A DNA stretch of 63,505 bases, the filler included, from Hausera hauseri (lineage: Eukaryota): the NCBI GenBank assembly GCA_046269625.1. It is 12 parts of 12 records of this genome, joined end to end, with 100 filler letters (N's around TTAATTAATTAA, not from the genome) between each part and the next. Parts side by side here need not be neighbours in the genome. Positions count along the whole stretch, not along the records: positions 25,034 to 29,098 come from JBJURY010784313.1; positions 29,199 to 33,448 come from JBJURY010676217.1; positions 33,549 to 37,702 come from JBJURY010731323.1; positions 37,803 to 47,143 come from JBJURY010403256.1; 8 more parts are not named here. One strand, 5' to 3'. Under the pieces are notes generated by a model. The model was given only the letters and a program-made list of their open reading frames with translations, did not search any database and had not been told where the DNA came from. Every line of letters starts with the position of its first letter. Positions within the stretch are counted from its first letter, which is position 1. Below, piece after piece: positions 28,001 to 40,622 of the stretch. The position numbers and the translations under genes are program-made.

Positions 28001-28995
28001 TGCCCCGCATGGGAGAGTACTTGTGCACATACATAATCAGTCTTTTGATGATTGGCAGAGTCGATCCACTCTTATTATCCTGGCTGTTATCGGCTTCGCG
28101 GATCAGCTTCCCATGTTCATCATTAAGCCATTCCATTATATTGGTGTTTTCCAATATGAGTCTATTTCTGGTCTTGAAGACCCTTTTGGACTCTTCGCCA
28201 TCAACATTGACGTATGTGGCTTCAAGTTTCATATTGACTTTAAGGGCTTTGAGTTTAGTCATATTGTCCTGAAGAATCCCTCTGTTTCTTCCTTTGTGTA
28301 CTCCAGGAACTCATTGATGGTTGTTTGACTAGCTGCCTCAATGACATATTTGCGGCATTTCCTCTTTAATGTTGCCGCATCAACTGGCCTCTGTCTTTGG
28401 CTTTTTGGTGGAGCCGCTACATCTGATGGGCCTGATGCGCCTGATGGGTGTTTTAGTCCTGCATCTAGCTGTACTGCAGGCTTTGGTACTGCAGGCTGTG
28501 GTACTGCAGGCTGTGGTATTGCATGCTGTGCAACTGGCTTATGTTCATTAAATATGATCTTCTTTGACTTTGATGAGAAGTCAGTCAAATGGTGTTTGTA
28601 ATCTTCATAATACTGTATGTATTCTCCATCACATACAGCCTCACATCCTGGGCAGATATAATAGATGGTCCTATTGAATTTGTGTCCATAATAGCTCCTC
28701 ATGGTATTGTGGCAATTCTGAGGGTAGTGTATTGCACTCCATTTTCCTTTGGAACGAAAGTCATTATTGGCATATTGGTACTGAATATTTGTTTTTTCGA
28801 CTTCGTGAAGGAAATCAAATGCTGTTTATGGACGTTGTAAAAGTCTTCATAACTGGATTGGCACACTACTTCACATGTAGGGCATATATAATACTGAATC
28901 CTGTTGTATATATCGCTGAAATACTTCTTCATAATATTGTGGCAATTTTCAGGCTCGTGGATTTGAGCCAAGCATTTTCTGTAGAGTTTGCACAT
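25062..28995 (-). mobile_element. Polinton/Maverick protein-primed DNA polymerase B pseudogene (Zn repeats-TP-vOTU-EndoVII/exo-pol)
   Basis: RGSSYIQLP; NDDNKCF and HYVWIKNF (vOTU); VRDHCHFTGIYRGAACNNCNL (EndoVII); VVFHNLSIYDSHL; YLDTNNLYGYAMS; KLYNNLVFGK; YMDTDS; stops and frameshifts. Confidence 0.92.
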
Positions 28996-29198
28996 CTAAA
29001 AACCAACCAATTATTTTGAGGAGCACAATTAAAAAAGTCACCATTCGTTGAAGTGATATTGGAAATAATGAAATATATTGCCATATCACCATGCACTGNN
29101 NNNNNNNNNNNNNNNNNNNNNNNNNNNNNNNNNNNNNNNNNNTTAATTAATTAANNNNNNNNNNNNNNNNNNNNNNNNNNNNNNNNNNNNNNNNNNNN

Positions 29199-32100
29199 GC
29201 CACCGACAGTATTTTTCTCTTTGAGTCAATTAACGCCGCCCTCGATCGTATTTTTCTCTTTGAGTCATTTAACACCACCTAGCACTATCTAGCGCCACCT
29301 GAATATTTCCTTATTACCGCTATATTAGTGCACCGCCGCAAATACGTCCCCGATTCCCATACTATACTACTCACCATGCTGATGAACCATATTCCACGTG
29401 AGGTCGAATACCCTGCTAATATATATTTTCTTCTTCAGGGTTCTATCATTTGCCGCAAAAAGGGTATTATTTCAGGCTGCCCAGCTAGGCGATAAGGAAA
29501 TATTCAGGAGCAAGATGACGGCTTGTAAGGGGAGAGAAGAAAAATATTCAGGCGCAAGGTTGCGCATGAAGGGGCAGACAAATTTTGTATATTTTTGTCT
29601 TTTAATTAGGTAATTATGTTGTTGTTTTTAATTAGGTAATTCAGAAATTGTGTTTTGTAAAATTTATTGTTTTATTTAAATAATAGTTATGTAATTGTGT
29701 TTCGTGTAAATTTAGTAGTTAATTGTTAGGTAATAGGTGTTTCGTGCTATGTATGTAATACCTGATAAGTGTGGTGTCGTCAGCGGGTGGGGTCATGTGA
29801 CGTCACGAGGTTGGTACCAGGAAATTAGGTCAAGAGGGTCTTATAGGCAGGTGTTCTATAGGTAAAGGGGGCGTGTAGTTATATAAGTGTAGTGTGTTGT
29901 TTATAGTTCTTAATTATCGTTCTTTTTATGTGTGTATTTAGAGGTAATAGAGCGAGGGACGTGTGTAGTGGTGTTATTTTATAAGGCATTATTGTTTTAA
30001 TGATGATGGTGGTTTAGGTCGTCTTCTTCATGTTTAGGGACATGTCGGAAAATTAAAGGGACACATTTTTTCTGTTAAGGTCGTGTTTCTTACGGCTGCT
30101 GGCGGTGGTTTAGGACATCTTCATGTTTAGGGACATGTAAGGGGTATTTTTATGTTAAGGGCGTGTTTCTCAAGAGTGATTAGTCTGATAAGTCGTTTTC
30201 ATCATGTTTAGGGGCAAGGCTTCATAAGGAAAATAGTACACTTCATAAGGCAAATAGTACATGTTTTGTTTGATAAAGTACAACTATACAATTTGTGTAG
30301 TATTATGACACATTTTTTGTTACTTAGAACATGAGAAAATTTTGTCACTTACAGTTTTTGTGAAGTCGGCCATCTTAAAACAGTTGTCTGGTCTTCTAGT
30401 CGAAATTTTTTTAGTTGCCATGGGTATCTTAACGTTGTATGCTTAAAGTTGTATGCTTATTCTAACAGCGCATGCATATTTTTCCTAAGTAAAACGATGA
30501 ACTTAGCTAAAAGCGATCAATAATTTTCACATTTTTTTCAGGCAACACCTTAGATGAACCAAACACAGAAATGTTATTCTTAACCAAACTTATCCAACAA
30601 CAGCGGAACATTCCAATGTTTACACATTCCTCGGATAATCCCGATAACGTCTCGCTTGTTGCTGTCCAGCGAAACGTTCAAGCAATACACACACCCGACC
30701 AACGTGAATAAATCACCTGACCAACAACCCAGTGTTTGTCCGCATACAAAGGGATAAAGCCTTCCTTTGTTTTGCTATCGCTCAAGCAAAAACGCCTCTG
30801 AACATTCACCTGACCAACCGACCTTTCAAACTAACCGTATCTCATTAATATGGATCACACTTTTTGTTTTGCACACGCGTTTTCTCTCGACCCTAAGACG
30901 ATGTCGTTCAGAAACACTCGCGTTTTTCGCTCGACACGTTTTCACCCGTTTTCACCCGACGCAGAAACCCAATCCACTTGTGATGTGGACTGACCGAATC
31001 ACCCGAAACACACCAATGAAATATCACATCCGAGACCCGACAAGGGCTTTCCGTAAACAGCGACATTCCTTGTCGGCACTATACAAACACGAAGTTTGTC
31101 TTATGACCCGTATCAGCAACCATAAAATATTTGACCTTTGTCATGACAAAGACCAGCAATCGTTAACAGCAGCCAAAATTACTCGAACACGCCCGTTGTA
31201 TTCTTCCGTTCGTCCACTTTCTTTTCCCTCATACACTCCTTCCTATGGATTCTCACCACACGATGTCGTCCAGAAACACTCGCGTTTTTCGCTCGACACG
31301 TTTTCACCCGACCCAGAAACCCAATCCACTTGTGATGTGGACTGACCGAATCACCCGAAACACACCAATGAAATATTACACCCGAGACCCGACAAGGGCT
31401 TTCCGTAAACACAGCGGCATTCCTTGTTGGCACTATACAAACGCGAAGTTTGTCTTGTGACCCGTACCAACAACCATAAAACATTTGACCTTTATCATGA
31501 CAAAGACCAGCAATCGTTAACGACAACCAAAATTACTCGAACACACGCGTTGTTAAAGGGATAAATTTTGCCTTACACGCAGATTGTTTACATGACCGCA
31601 CTATAAGGCAAACCGTTCACACTATACCGACAACACGTCCGTTTGTTATAGGACTAAGTTTGCATAATACGACCATGAAGGTCGTTTGTTAAAGGGATAA
31701 AGTTTGCAGTATACGACGTCCGTTTCTTAACGGACACAAATCTACATTACACGACAACACGCCCGTTTGTTCAGCACAAACACGACGTTGTTCCACCCTA
31801 CATACTCGTTGTCGACACGAACGTTAAGTTTTCGACCAATGGCACATGATGATGATAACTAATAAAACATTTCCCCAATGCAACTGTCACTACAACTCTA
31901 TCAAGGAACATGATAGTGTTGACTGATAGAACCACAAAACACAACAAGTAACAACATTTCCCTGTCACTACAACTTTACCAAAAACACACGTGTCCCTAA
32001 CACAAATGTCATTACAACTTTACCAAGATACATGAGCGACAAAACACAAAACAAACAACGTGTTCACCAATAAAAATGTCATTACAACTTTACCAAGAAA

Positions 32101-33448
32101 CATTTCCCCAACCCTTATTTTCACTGTCATTACAACTCTATCAAGGAGCATGATAGTGTTGACTAATGGTCGAAGGAGAAGAACTCGTTCCCAACCTGGG
32201 CACACGATAGTGTTGACTGACAGAACAACAAACAAGATGCAAACAACCAACAACATTTCCCCTATTCAACATTTCCCCAATACAAATGTCATTACAAGTC
32301 CAAGTCCGAGCCGTCACCCAACGACACATGATGATGATGACTATTTGAAGACAAAACGATGAGCACTAACAAATAATGATGATGTTGACTAATGGAAGAC
32401 AATAATACAACAAGACACTAAATAGCAACATTTCCCTATTACTACAAGTCCGAGCAGTCCACCAACGACACACGATGATGATGATGATTTGAAGACAAGC
32501 GAAGATTACTAACAGTACAAGCAATGATGATGTTGACTGATAGAACAACAAACCAAGAAACAAGACACAAAACAACCCATAACATGTCACGAAACCATCG
32601 AACGTTGTTAAGTTTCCGACCAAAGACACTTGATGATGATGATTATTTGTAGACAAACAATGATGATGAGCACTAGAACAAGTAATGATGATGTTGACTG
32701 ATAGAAGACAAGAAACATGTCCCAATACAACTACAAGTCCAACTTTACCAAGATACACGATAACAAATTGACTCATATTTGAAGACACAGAAGAAGAAGT
32801 AGAAGATGCCACAATGGGCCCCAAATGACCACTTATCTGGCTTAATTAAGCCCCATAGCAAGTATTGACACACTTTGTACAAAAAAAGCAATTAATAACT
32901 TGCCAAATTAGACGCCTCCAATTAGTAGTAGTATAACCGTAATTGGGCGCACCTTTATGCATAAATTATCTCCCCTTACATCTCCCTTACACCTAATTAC
33001 CTAATTATTACCCGAAAAACAAAAATTTAAAATAGTTGTCTGCCCCTTAAAAAATCTCCAAACAAGTAGTCTCCTCTAGAACACCTCCTAGCACCTCCTG
33101 AAATACCTTGTTATTTGAGTCAATTAGCACCTCCTAGCACCTCCTGAAATACTTTGCTCTTTAAGTCATTTAGCGCCTCCTGATCACCTCCTGAAATACG
33201 ACTCAGCTTGCGGCTATACGGTCACAAGACAAATAAGTCAAATGTTTGCTTTGTGCAAGTATCGGGCGGACTTGTTTGTCGTTAATGATTGGTCGTCAAG
33301 CTAAGTGGTGACACAGGTCACCGACAAAGGTCACGACCCATTGGACAAACAGGCCTAGTTTTTATGCTTGCTGACAAAGGTCACGAACCTTTGACAAAGG
33401 TCACGCGACATTAGACAAAAAAGGTCAAAGGTACAAGCCGTTGGTGAC
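29199..33448. repeat. Non-coding modular repeat / inverted-repeat contig (TIR-like)
   Basis: Shared motifs in direct and inverted orientation, ~300-bp direct duplication (30899-31199 / 31261-31553), many short tandem units; ORFs are low-complexity artefacts. Confidence 0.75.
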
Positions 33449-33548
33449 NNNNNNNNNNNNNNNNNNNNNNNNNNNNNNNNNNNNNNNNNNNNTTAATTAA
33501 TTAANNNNNNNNNNNNNNNNNNNNNNNNNNNNNNNNNNNNNNNNNNNN

Positions 33549-33872
33549 CCTCAACAGAACGGTGAACTGCCGTATTTCACTGGTAAACAGTATGGCTATG
33601 GATGGTTGAGTACATTGACACGTTTAGCATTTCCGATGTTGAAGCGTATTGCAGCCGTGGCAGTCAAAATAGCATAGGATGTACTATATGAAAACAAATC
33701 GATTTTAATATCACTGAAGGAACACGCCTTATCAGAAATAAAAAGCGCTGAACCGGGAGTCGTTGAATTAGTCAAAAAGCAATTTGCTGGTAGTGACTTG
33801 AGAAAATGCAGTACAGCATCATCAAGCTCATAAACTATAAACAAACGTCGTCTTTGTACGATTTTCGATTAA
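33549..33872 (+). pseudogene. Polinton small core/PM-like protein
   Basis: YFTGKQYGYGWLSTLTRLAFP (QxGxG motif) directly upstream of MCP; one internal stop. Confidence 0.6.
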
Positions 33873-33887
33873 TTAGTTGATAGGCAA

Positions 33888-35120
33888 ATGGTATCTGCAA
33901 AATCTGAATAGTGTATATTCGACAAAGCTGAACCACAAGTTGTTATGAACAATGCAGCATTTGAAGAAATCTACCCCGTTGATTCGGTTTCAACGGACGA
34001 TAACATTGACATTCAATTTAACATTATGACATCGGAAAATGAATAGCCGATTTGAACGATACTCTATTCTATGTAAAAGTCATTGTTAAAAAGGATGCAT
34101 CAACGGTTCTCGCCTCAACAGATACTGTTACACCGGCCAATTACCTTTTCCTCACACTGTTTCAGGAGGCTTCATCGACTTTAAACAGCGTCAAAATTGA
34201 AGGCAACACTAGTCTACACAGTATCAAAGCACTCATTGAAGCGGCTTTGAATTTCAGTGCAGACACAAAAACGACTCATTTGACGAAAACCATCCGATAT
34301 GACGCCACTGCGGCAAACCGTAAGGCATAAGTAGTAGAATCAAAAGCGCTTACCATGTGTGTACCGGTGTACTTTGACTTTTTCGATGAGCCGAAATACC
34401 TACTGCCCGGTGTTAAAGCCATGATTCGGCTCAAACTCAGCGACAATGTCTTTTGTTTGAAAACTGAAGTTGCAAATCTCAAACCCATACTAAAAATTAC
34501 CGAGGCACGATTATACATACGTCATGTAAAGGTAGAACCATCTGTGCTCATGGAACATCGATTGGGTTTGGAAACACAAAATGCCTGTTACCCGATACAA
34601 CGCACAGAAATCGTCTTTTACACCATACTCAAAGATTCAACTACGTTTTACAAAGATGCACTGTTTGGCGACATGCAATTGCCGAAATTTGTGCTTGTTA
34701 CATTTCAAACGACTTCTCAACAAACGGGCAGTTATACCACCGATTCGGAAACGTTTACCCATAGTAATGTGAATTACATCAGTGTGAGTCGGAATGCGGA
34801 TTTCGTTGAGACGTACAAGCAGGATTTCGAACTGACGATTATGTTTGCACATATATACAATCTATCGTGAGCAACATGGGTTTGCTGAACAATAATGCCA
34901 ACAATGGCGTATCGATGGATTTTTTCAAGTCCACCTATCCATTCTTCACCTTTGTCCTGGCTCCAGATTATGACGTTGAACAAACTCAACTACCTCAGTA
35001 CAAAACCTGGGACTGGAGGTTCACTTTGCTAAAGCGTTGGAGCAATCTACCGTGATGTACTTTTACGGTGTATTTGATGCCGAGGTTGAAATAACAAAAA
35101 ACGAAACCATCATTGTATAA
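33888..35120 (+). pseudogene. Polinton double-jelly-roll major capsid protein
   Basis: LNDTLFYVK, PANYLFLTLF, DFFDEPKYLLPGV, ARLYIRHVKVEP, ACYPIQRTE, LPKFVLV, GLEVHFAKAL; stops and frameshifts. Confidence 0.88.
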
Positions 35121-35188
35121 ATAAAATCCCCTGTGTCTCACGTTGTCTTCGCCTTCGTCTTCTTCGTCGTACTATGAAGTAATTTATT

Positions 35189-35578
35189 TTGATAACTACT
35201 ACTATTATGCTTAAATCACATTTTACATGTAGCTCCACTGAGCTCAGTCACTACGGAAAACTGTTCTTGGGCGCAAAATTTCTTGGCGTGTTTCCACTGG
35301 ACTGTGCGCCGCGTGATTTGCGACAAACTGGCGGCTTCATTGTCAATACACACACTTCATCGCTGTCAGGCGAACATAGGATTTTTGTGTACATCCATCC
35401 GACCGTCGTCAAATTATTCGATCCGTTCGGATTTTACTATCAGTCATCGTTAGTTTCTCAAATTGAAAGACAATCATCATACCGTGTTGAATATATTAGG
35501 CTTTATTATCAACATCCAATGACTATACTGCGTAGACATTACTGCTTATTGTGGCTTACATTACAATCACTTTTGTGA
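35189..35578 (+). pseudogene. Polinton adenain-like cysteine protease
   Basis: FLGVFPLD, FIVNTH...GEH, FDPFG, YQ..HYCL; catalytic Cys appears mutated. Confidence 0.8.
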
Positions 35579-36579
35579 AAAAGGTTTTATGAAATATATT
35601 TTATTTTGTTGTTGCTGTTGATGATTTTGGTTTTTTTGTGTGTGGTGAAATTCCCTTACGATAATCTATTATCGGTTTTGTAAGCAAAAAACATAAAACG
35701 TGACTTTTACAATAATGATGATGATGATTTTGAACGACGTTTTTCACCGACTTGCAATCGTCTGATCGTGAGACGGCTATAATACGAAATGCTCAACTAT
35801 CGATGAACTACGTGCTCAACCCATTTCCACCATTACGTGCCTTGTGCAAGGGAGAATTTTGCCAATTTGAAATTTCACCATCGATTTTTCCCCATGTTCC
35901 CTTGGTCCAACAACAATGCAACCGTGTCCATCGATTTACCCCTTGTACAACATGTTTCCTGTTACGCATGACACATTTTCTGTTTTGCTTCTTCCTCTTC
36001 TAGCGCCTCTCTCTTATATTTTACGTATACCCCACCTATATTAACTTTTGCTCACCTCGTCACGCGCTATCGATATCACTTGGTCCAAAGTCCATTGCTC
36101 GACGTCCTTTTCGGCCAGGGGGTCTGCGGAATTTTTAGTCAAATAATCGGAATAGCTAATCAGGTGGGGAAGTGGTTTTCCGACCAATCAGAGAAGTGGA
36201 ATGGAGGGCTCACTTCTACCTACTATTCTTGAACAACAATGGCAACACAGTGTTGTGACATATTACCCGTTAGTACATGTTCTTTATAAATTTTATTTCA
36301 TTGTTATTTTTTTGCCTGCATCATGTTTATCTGTCATATAGATGTGTTGGGAAATAAATTGTGTATGAGCGGAATAATTAATAGAAAATTTATACAATAG
36401 TTATAGTTGGAGATAATAAACTACTACCGAAAAACAATTTAAATTAATTCACTTATTAATCCAATAATAGGTAAATGAATGAATGATTGAACCGATTAAT
36501 TTTTGAAATATGTTCTTGTGTTTTATTGCTAAGTATCAACTATATATAGCAGTGTGAAAATCAGAATATTTTACAATTT

Positions 36580-37702
36580 TCTACCATGTGCCTGAAACTC
36601 TATCAACCACTGGCTTATGAGCTTTAACCACCTTGAATGTGTTCTTCAGCTAATAGCTTGAAGATTCTGAATCCACTACTAGTGTGATTTTCTGTCCTCC
36701 ATTAGAATGATCTATAGTCGCAGTGTGCGTATATGTATTATTGTTCCACCATTTGGCGTGAACAATGATCGCTGATAACAACGTGCTTCAAACTGTTTTA
36801 TTCAGCCGTTAAATACGTACTTACGCACCGCAACAGTCAAGTTATTTCCAATATATACACACGAAGGCTCTATAGTGTCATTATAACAACAAAATTTTGA
36901 TACCCTCAGATTTGATTATACTGATATTTATCGATCAAAATCAAAATAAATGTATGGAATAATGCATGTATTTCCAACTAGAGATTTTTATATATAATAA
37001 AAGTAATAGGTATATAATAAAAGAAATCTATGTAAAATATTATACGTTTGGACATGTTTTAAGATTAAAATGAATTTAAAAAAGCGAAACGTGAACGTAA
37101 ATATCAGTGAGTTTCACACAAAAACTTACGTTAATTTTAGTCCGTATGTCTGCCAAAGTTGTTATGGTAACATGAGGCTTTATACCAGATCCAGCTAGAA
37201 GTGATCCAGATCCCAAATTATGTTGACAGAAAAGAATGAACGAATGAATATGGTCTTTCATTTCCATCCACACCTGATGTAAAATATTCCGTTCGATTTT
37301 TGCTGCCTGCTCGGAAAATGCCACGTCCGCAACAACATTTTCTGTACTTGAGACCTCTTCCAAGCTCAAAGGAGAAGACAATGAATCCGTAAAACTGTTT
37401 TCTCGAGTTTCGTAGAATTTTGATTCAATAGTTTCATCTAATGGCTCCTGATCATTTATATTCATTTCCTTAATCTACAGATGGATTAAAATGGTGACGA
37501 ATTACATTTTGATCAATTCGTACCGCAGATTTCTGGTAATTATTCAAGGAGGTGGAAATCTTTTCTATTTTATCCGCAACATTGTTGTATTTGTCCATAT
37601 CAACATGTTTCAGATCATTGTCATCTACAGAAACTATTTTAGACGCCGCTTGTCTTAATTGATTGGTTCTCGTATACAAACTGTCAATTTTCTCTTCAAT
37701 CG
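36580..37702 (-). pseudogene. Unidentified intron-containing host gene fragment
   Basis: ORFs 37470..37679 and 37076..37465 with a GTAAGT donor near 37129; product not recognised. Confidence 0.3.
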
Positions 37703-37944
37703 NNNNNNNNNNNNNNNNNNNNNNNNNNNNNNNNNNNNNNNNNNNNTTAATTAATTAANNNNNNNNNNNNNNNNNNNNNNNNNNNNNNNNNNNNNNNNNN
37801 NNAGCAACTGTGCCTAACGCCACCGTCGCCTAGCACATTACCGATCGGTAGTGCACAGTGTGCACTATCGATTGGCACATGTGCAAAATTGAATTATCGA
37901 TTGTTCTCCCGGGGTGGAACAGGACATACATTTTCTCCCTACTC

Positions 37945-38508
37945 GTACACAACTACTCGGTTTTTTTCCCAATACAAGTCTGCACTCGTTGAACGATTTA
38001 AACGAACTTTACGGGGTCGCCTAAACAAAATCTTTACGTAGCAAGGCAACAAGCGCTATATAGATGTACTGCTGGATATTATTCATGCATACAATCATTC
38101 AACGCATATTGGCATAAATGGATTACGGCTGGTGACGTAATCGATGATATAAACATGTGGCTTTATCAAAACCGAACACAACGAAAGGCAATTAAACGCC
38201 CAAAATATAAAATCGGTGCATACGTACGTATTTCGAAAATATGTACGACGCCATTCATTAAGAATTTCAATCAGAACTGAAGCGACGAGGTTTTCCGCAT
38301 TTCGACAATGAACACAAAACAAATACCTGTCATGTACGTTTTAGAGGATGAAACAGGCGAGGAACTGCAGGTACTGCCCGAGAAACCCTATGTGTATCGT
38401 ATTCAGGAAATTCTATGTTCACGTGGCAAAGGTTCGAATAAACAATATCTCGTCAAGTGTCACGGACACATTGTACCGAGTTGGATTTTGGTATCACAGA
38501 TTCAATGA
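37945..38508 (+). pseudogene. Polinton retroviral-type integrase C-terminal half with chromodomain
   Basis: ALVERFKRTL, RYIDVL..AYNHS, KYKIGAYVRISK, EVFRI, YRIQEIL..QYLVKCHG..SWI. Confidence 0.85.
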
Positions 38509-39571
38509 GCAGCAGCATTTACGTGATACTTGACAGTAACAGATCATTATCACAACATGACAACAATGACAATACGGTTAAACAGTTTACCATACACTTA
38601 GACCAGCCGGTCGATTTACGCCACGGAGCCTGGGAAGTGGCTTTGACGGAATTCACATTTATATTTTCACCAATGACAATACGTGAGAACAGTGGTATTT
38701 ACTTTACCTGACAAGAAATGTAACTTATTTCAATTCGTTTGCGGACAATCCGACACAATTACCGATATATTCTTCGCAATTGTTCGCAAGAAAATTTCTC
38801 GGTTTATGCTTATTTTTCAAACTATCGTATGAAACTAAGGCATCGAAATCCAATTGAAATGCAGTTTAATTCTATAGCTGATGCTCAGTCATAGGGTTTT
38901 CAGTCAGTCAATATACACTCAAAACGTCTACAGCTAGATGGACATGTTATAATTGGTGAAAAATTGGACTTTTCATCCGATGCGGAATTCAATATTATAG
39001 TAAAGTTGACTAAGTCAGAATCACTCTTCCGTTTATATATTATACCACACGATTTATTAATGGAAACGGAACTGGAATTGTGTAAGTACGTCAAGAAAAC
39101 GGTTACATTAGCCGTAAAGACATGTGAAATAAGTGCAGATGGTCATATTTCGATTATACTATATGACAAGGTTATATATTTTGCCTTTGATAAATTATTG
39201 GATCGGAATCTGGGCTTTAAAAACGCGAATTCTATCAGACCATTGTTGGACAATCTAGTGTTGTCAAACACAAATCACAACTCTATGGAGCATTTCACCG
39301 AATCAACATTTTAGCGAACTTAACCGAAGCCGTATTCGTTGGTGGAGAACGTAAACAACTACTGGCTTTTATGGAACTGGATTCTCACATGTACAAAATA
39401 TCAGGTGAAACTGTTCTAGTTAATATGCTCAGACCCATGTATTTATCATTGTCTCACAATATTGTGCGCAGTATTACCGTGTATATGCTTGATAAATTTT
39501 AGGAACCCATTAAATTTTTATTTAAGTCAATGACACATTTGATGTTACATTTTCGACGTCGTCGTCGATAA
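38505..39571 (+). pseudogene. Polinton minor capsid (penton) protein 1
   Basis: MSSSIYVILDSN..FTIHLDQPVDL..WEVALTEF; VFVGGERKQLL..PMYLSL..LHFRR; ATGA overlap with the integrase stop. Confidence 0.82.
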
Positions 39572-39634
39572 TAAACAAACTGCGTCATCACTATCATAAT
39601 CATCATCATCACCATCATTATCGTCATCGAGATC

Positions 39635-40622
39635 ATGAGTATTTACATGGTGTTGCCGAGCAACAGTTGTCCGACGACTCATCCGAACAATTCAGCCAGT
39701 GAATACGTTGTAGATTGCAACAATCCTTTGGATTTATCTACTGGACAATGGGAGGTTGCACTGCCGGAATTTAACTTTCCGTACTCACCGATGACATTGA
39801 AAGGTAGTATAAAAATAACGTACAACAAGACGGTTACTGAAAGCAAAACACATTCTTGTCCTCTGACACTTACTGACAATAAAATAACAGTTGGAGAATC
39901 GGGCATTTGCATGACCGAATCAAATTATGGTATATTCGTCAAGATCGGTGTTTTTATTTTAGATCAGAACTTACGTTTCATGACAGATTTTGAATTTACC
40001 GCTACCTTTGAGTCCTCTGAGATGGCTCCGAAATTTGGATTCAAAAATATAGAGTACAAAGGTAAAGATATTAAAAGTGAATATGCAGTTGCTTCAAGAT
40101 TAAGTCCCGTATATTACCAGATAACGGTGAAATTTACTCTGCAACAGAAAGGTGTCAGCGTCATAGGTATCGATTGGATACAATGTCTATTGCGAATCTG
40201 TAGCACAACTCTGTCAACACTTTTCTTTTTCTTCAAATCAGAAGTACAAGGCGCTATTTAATGTTTTCGAGTCAAATGCAAATGGGTACATTACATTTGT
40301 ACTGGCTAAGGATATTGTCGACATTTCATTGGAAAAATCTTTGACTACGGCATTGAGTTTTGAAAAACAGCAGTTTTAGTCATCGACGAATAAGAAGACA
40401 GCGGCGGCACATTTTGCAACACCGAAAGGATTTTGGTCGGTGGAGTACGTGTATCGCTACTCCGTGCAATTTATCCGGAAAGCAGCAAGTACACTTTCGG
40501 CGACAATGTCAGTCAAGTTCGATAATCTAATGTACCTACCCGTGGCATCTACATTGCTAAACAATGTTGAAGTGAATAATATGTGACGCGGGCTACCTTA
40601 TTGAATTTCCGTACGGTATCAC
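39635..40622 (+). pseudogene. Polinton minor capsid (penton) protein 2
   Basis: MSIYMVLPSNSCPTTHPNNSASEY..PLDL..WEVALPEF; LVGGVRVSLLRAI..MYLPV. Confidence 0.82.

Noticed and set aside
29378-29415. Hammerhead ribozyme-like CTGATGA..GGTCGAA
   Set aside because: GAAA core reads GAAT and stems I/III are not evident
31550-32800. CRISPR-like array
   Set aside because: No constant repeat with unique spacers, no cas genes, eukaryotic context
30767-32824. Several 60-190 aa ORFs
   Set aside because: Products of low-complexity repeats with no recognisable domains
37841-37872. Hairpin GATCGGTAGTGCAC..GTGCACTATCGATT
   Set aside because: Probably part of a small inserted repeat at the contig edge; insufficient context
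25034-40622. Apparent single complete Polinton (pPolB-TIR-MCP-PRO-INT-mCP)
   Set aside because: Parts lie on four contigs separated by artificial linkers; linkage unproven
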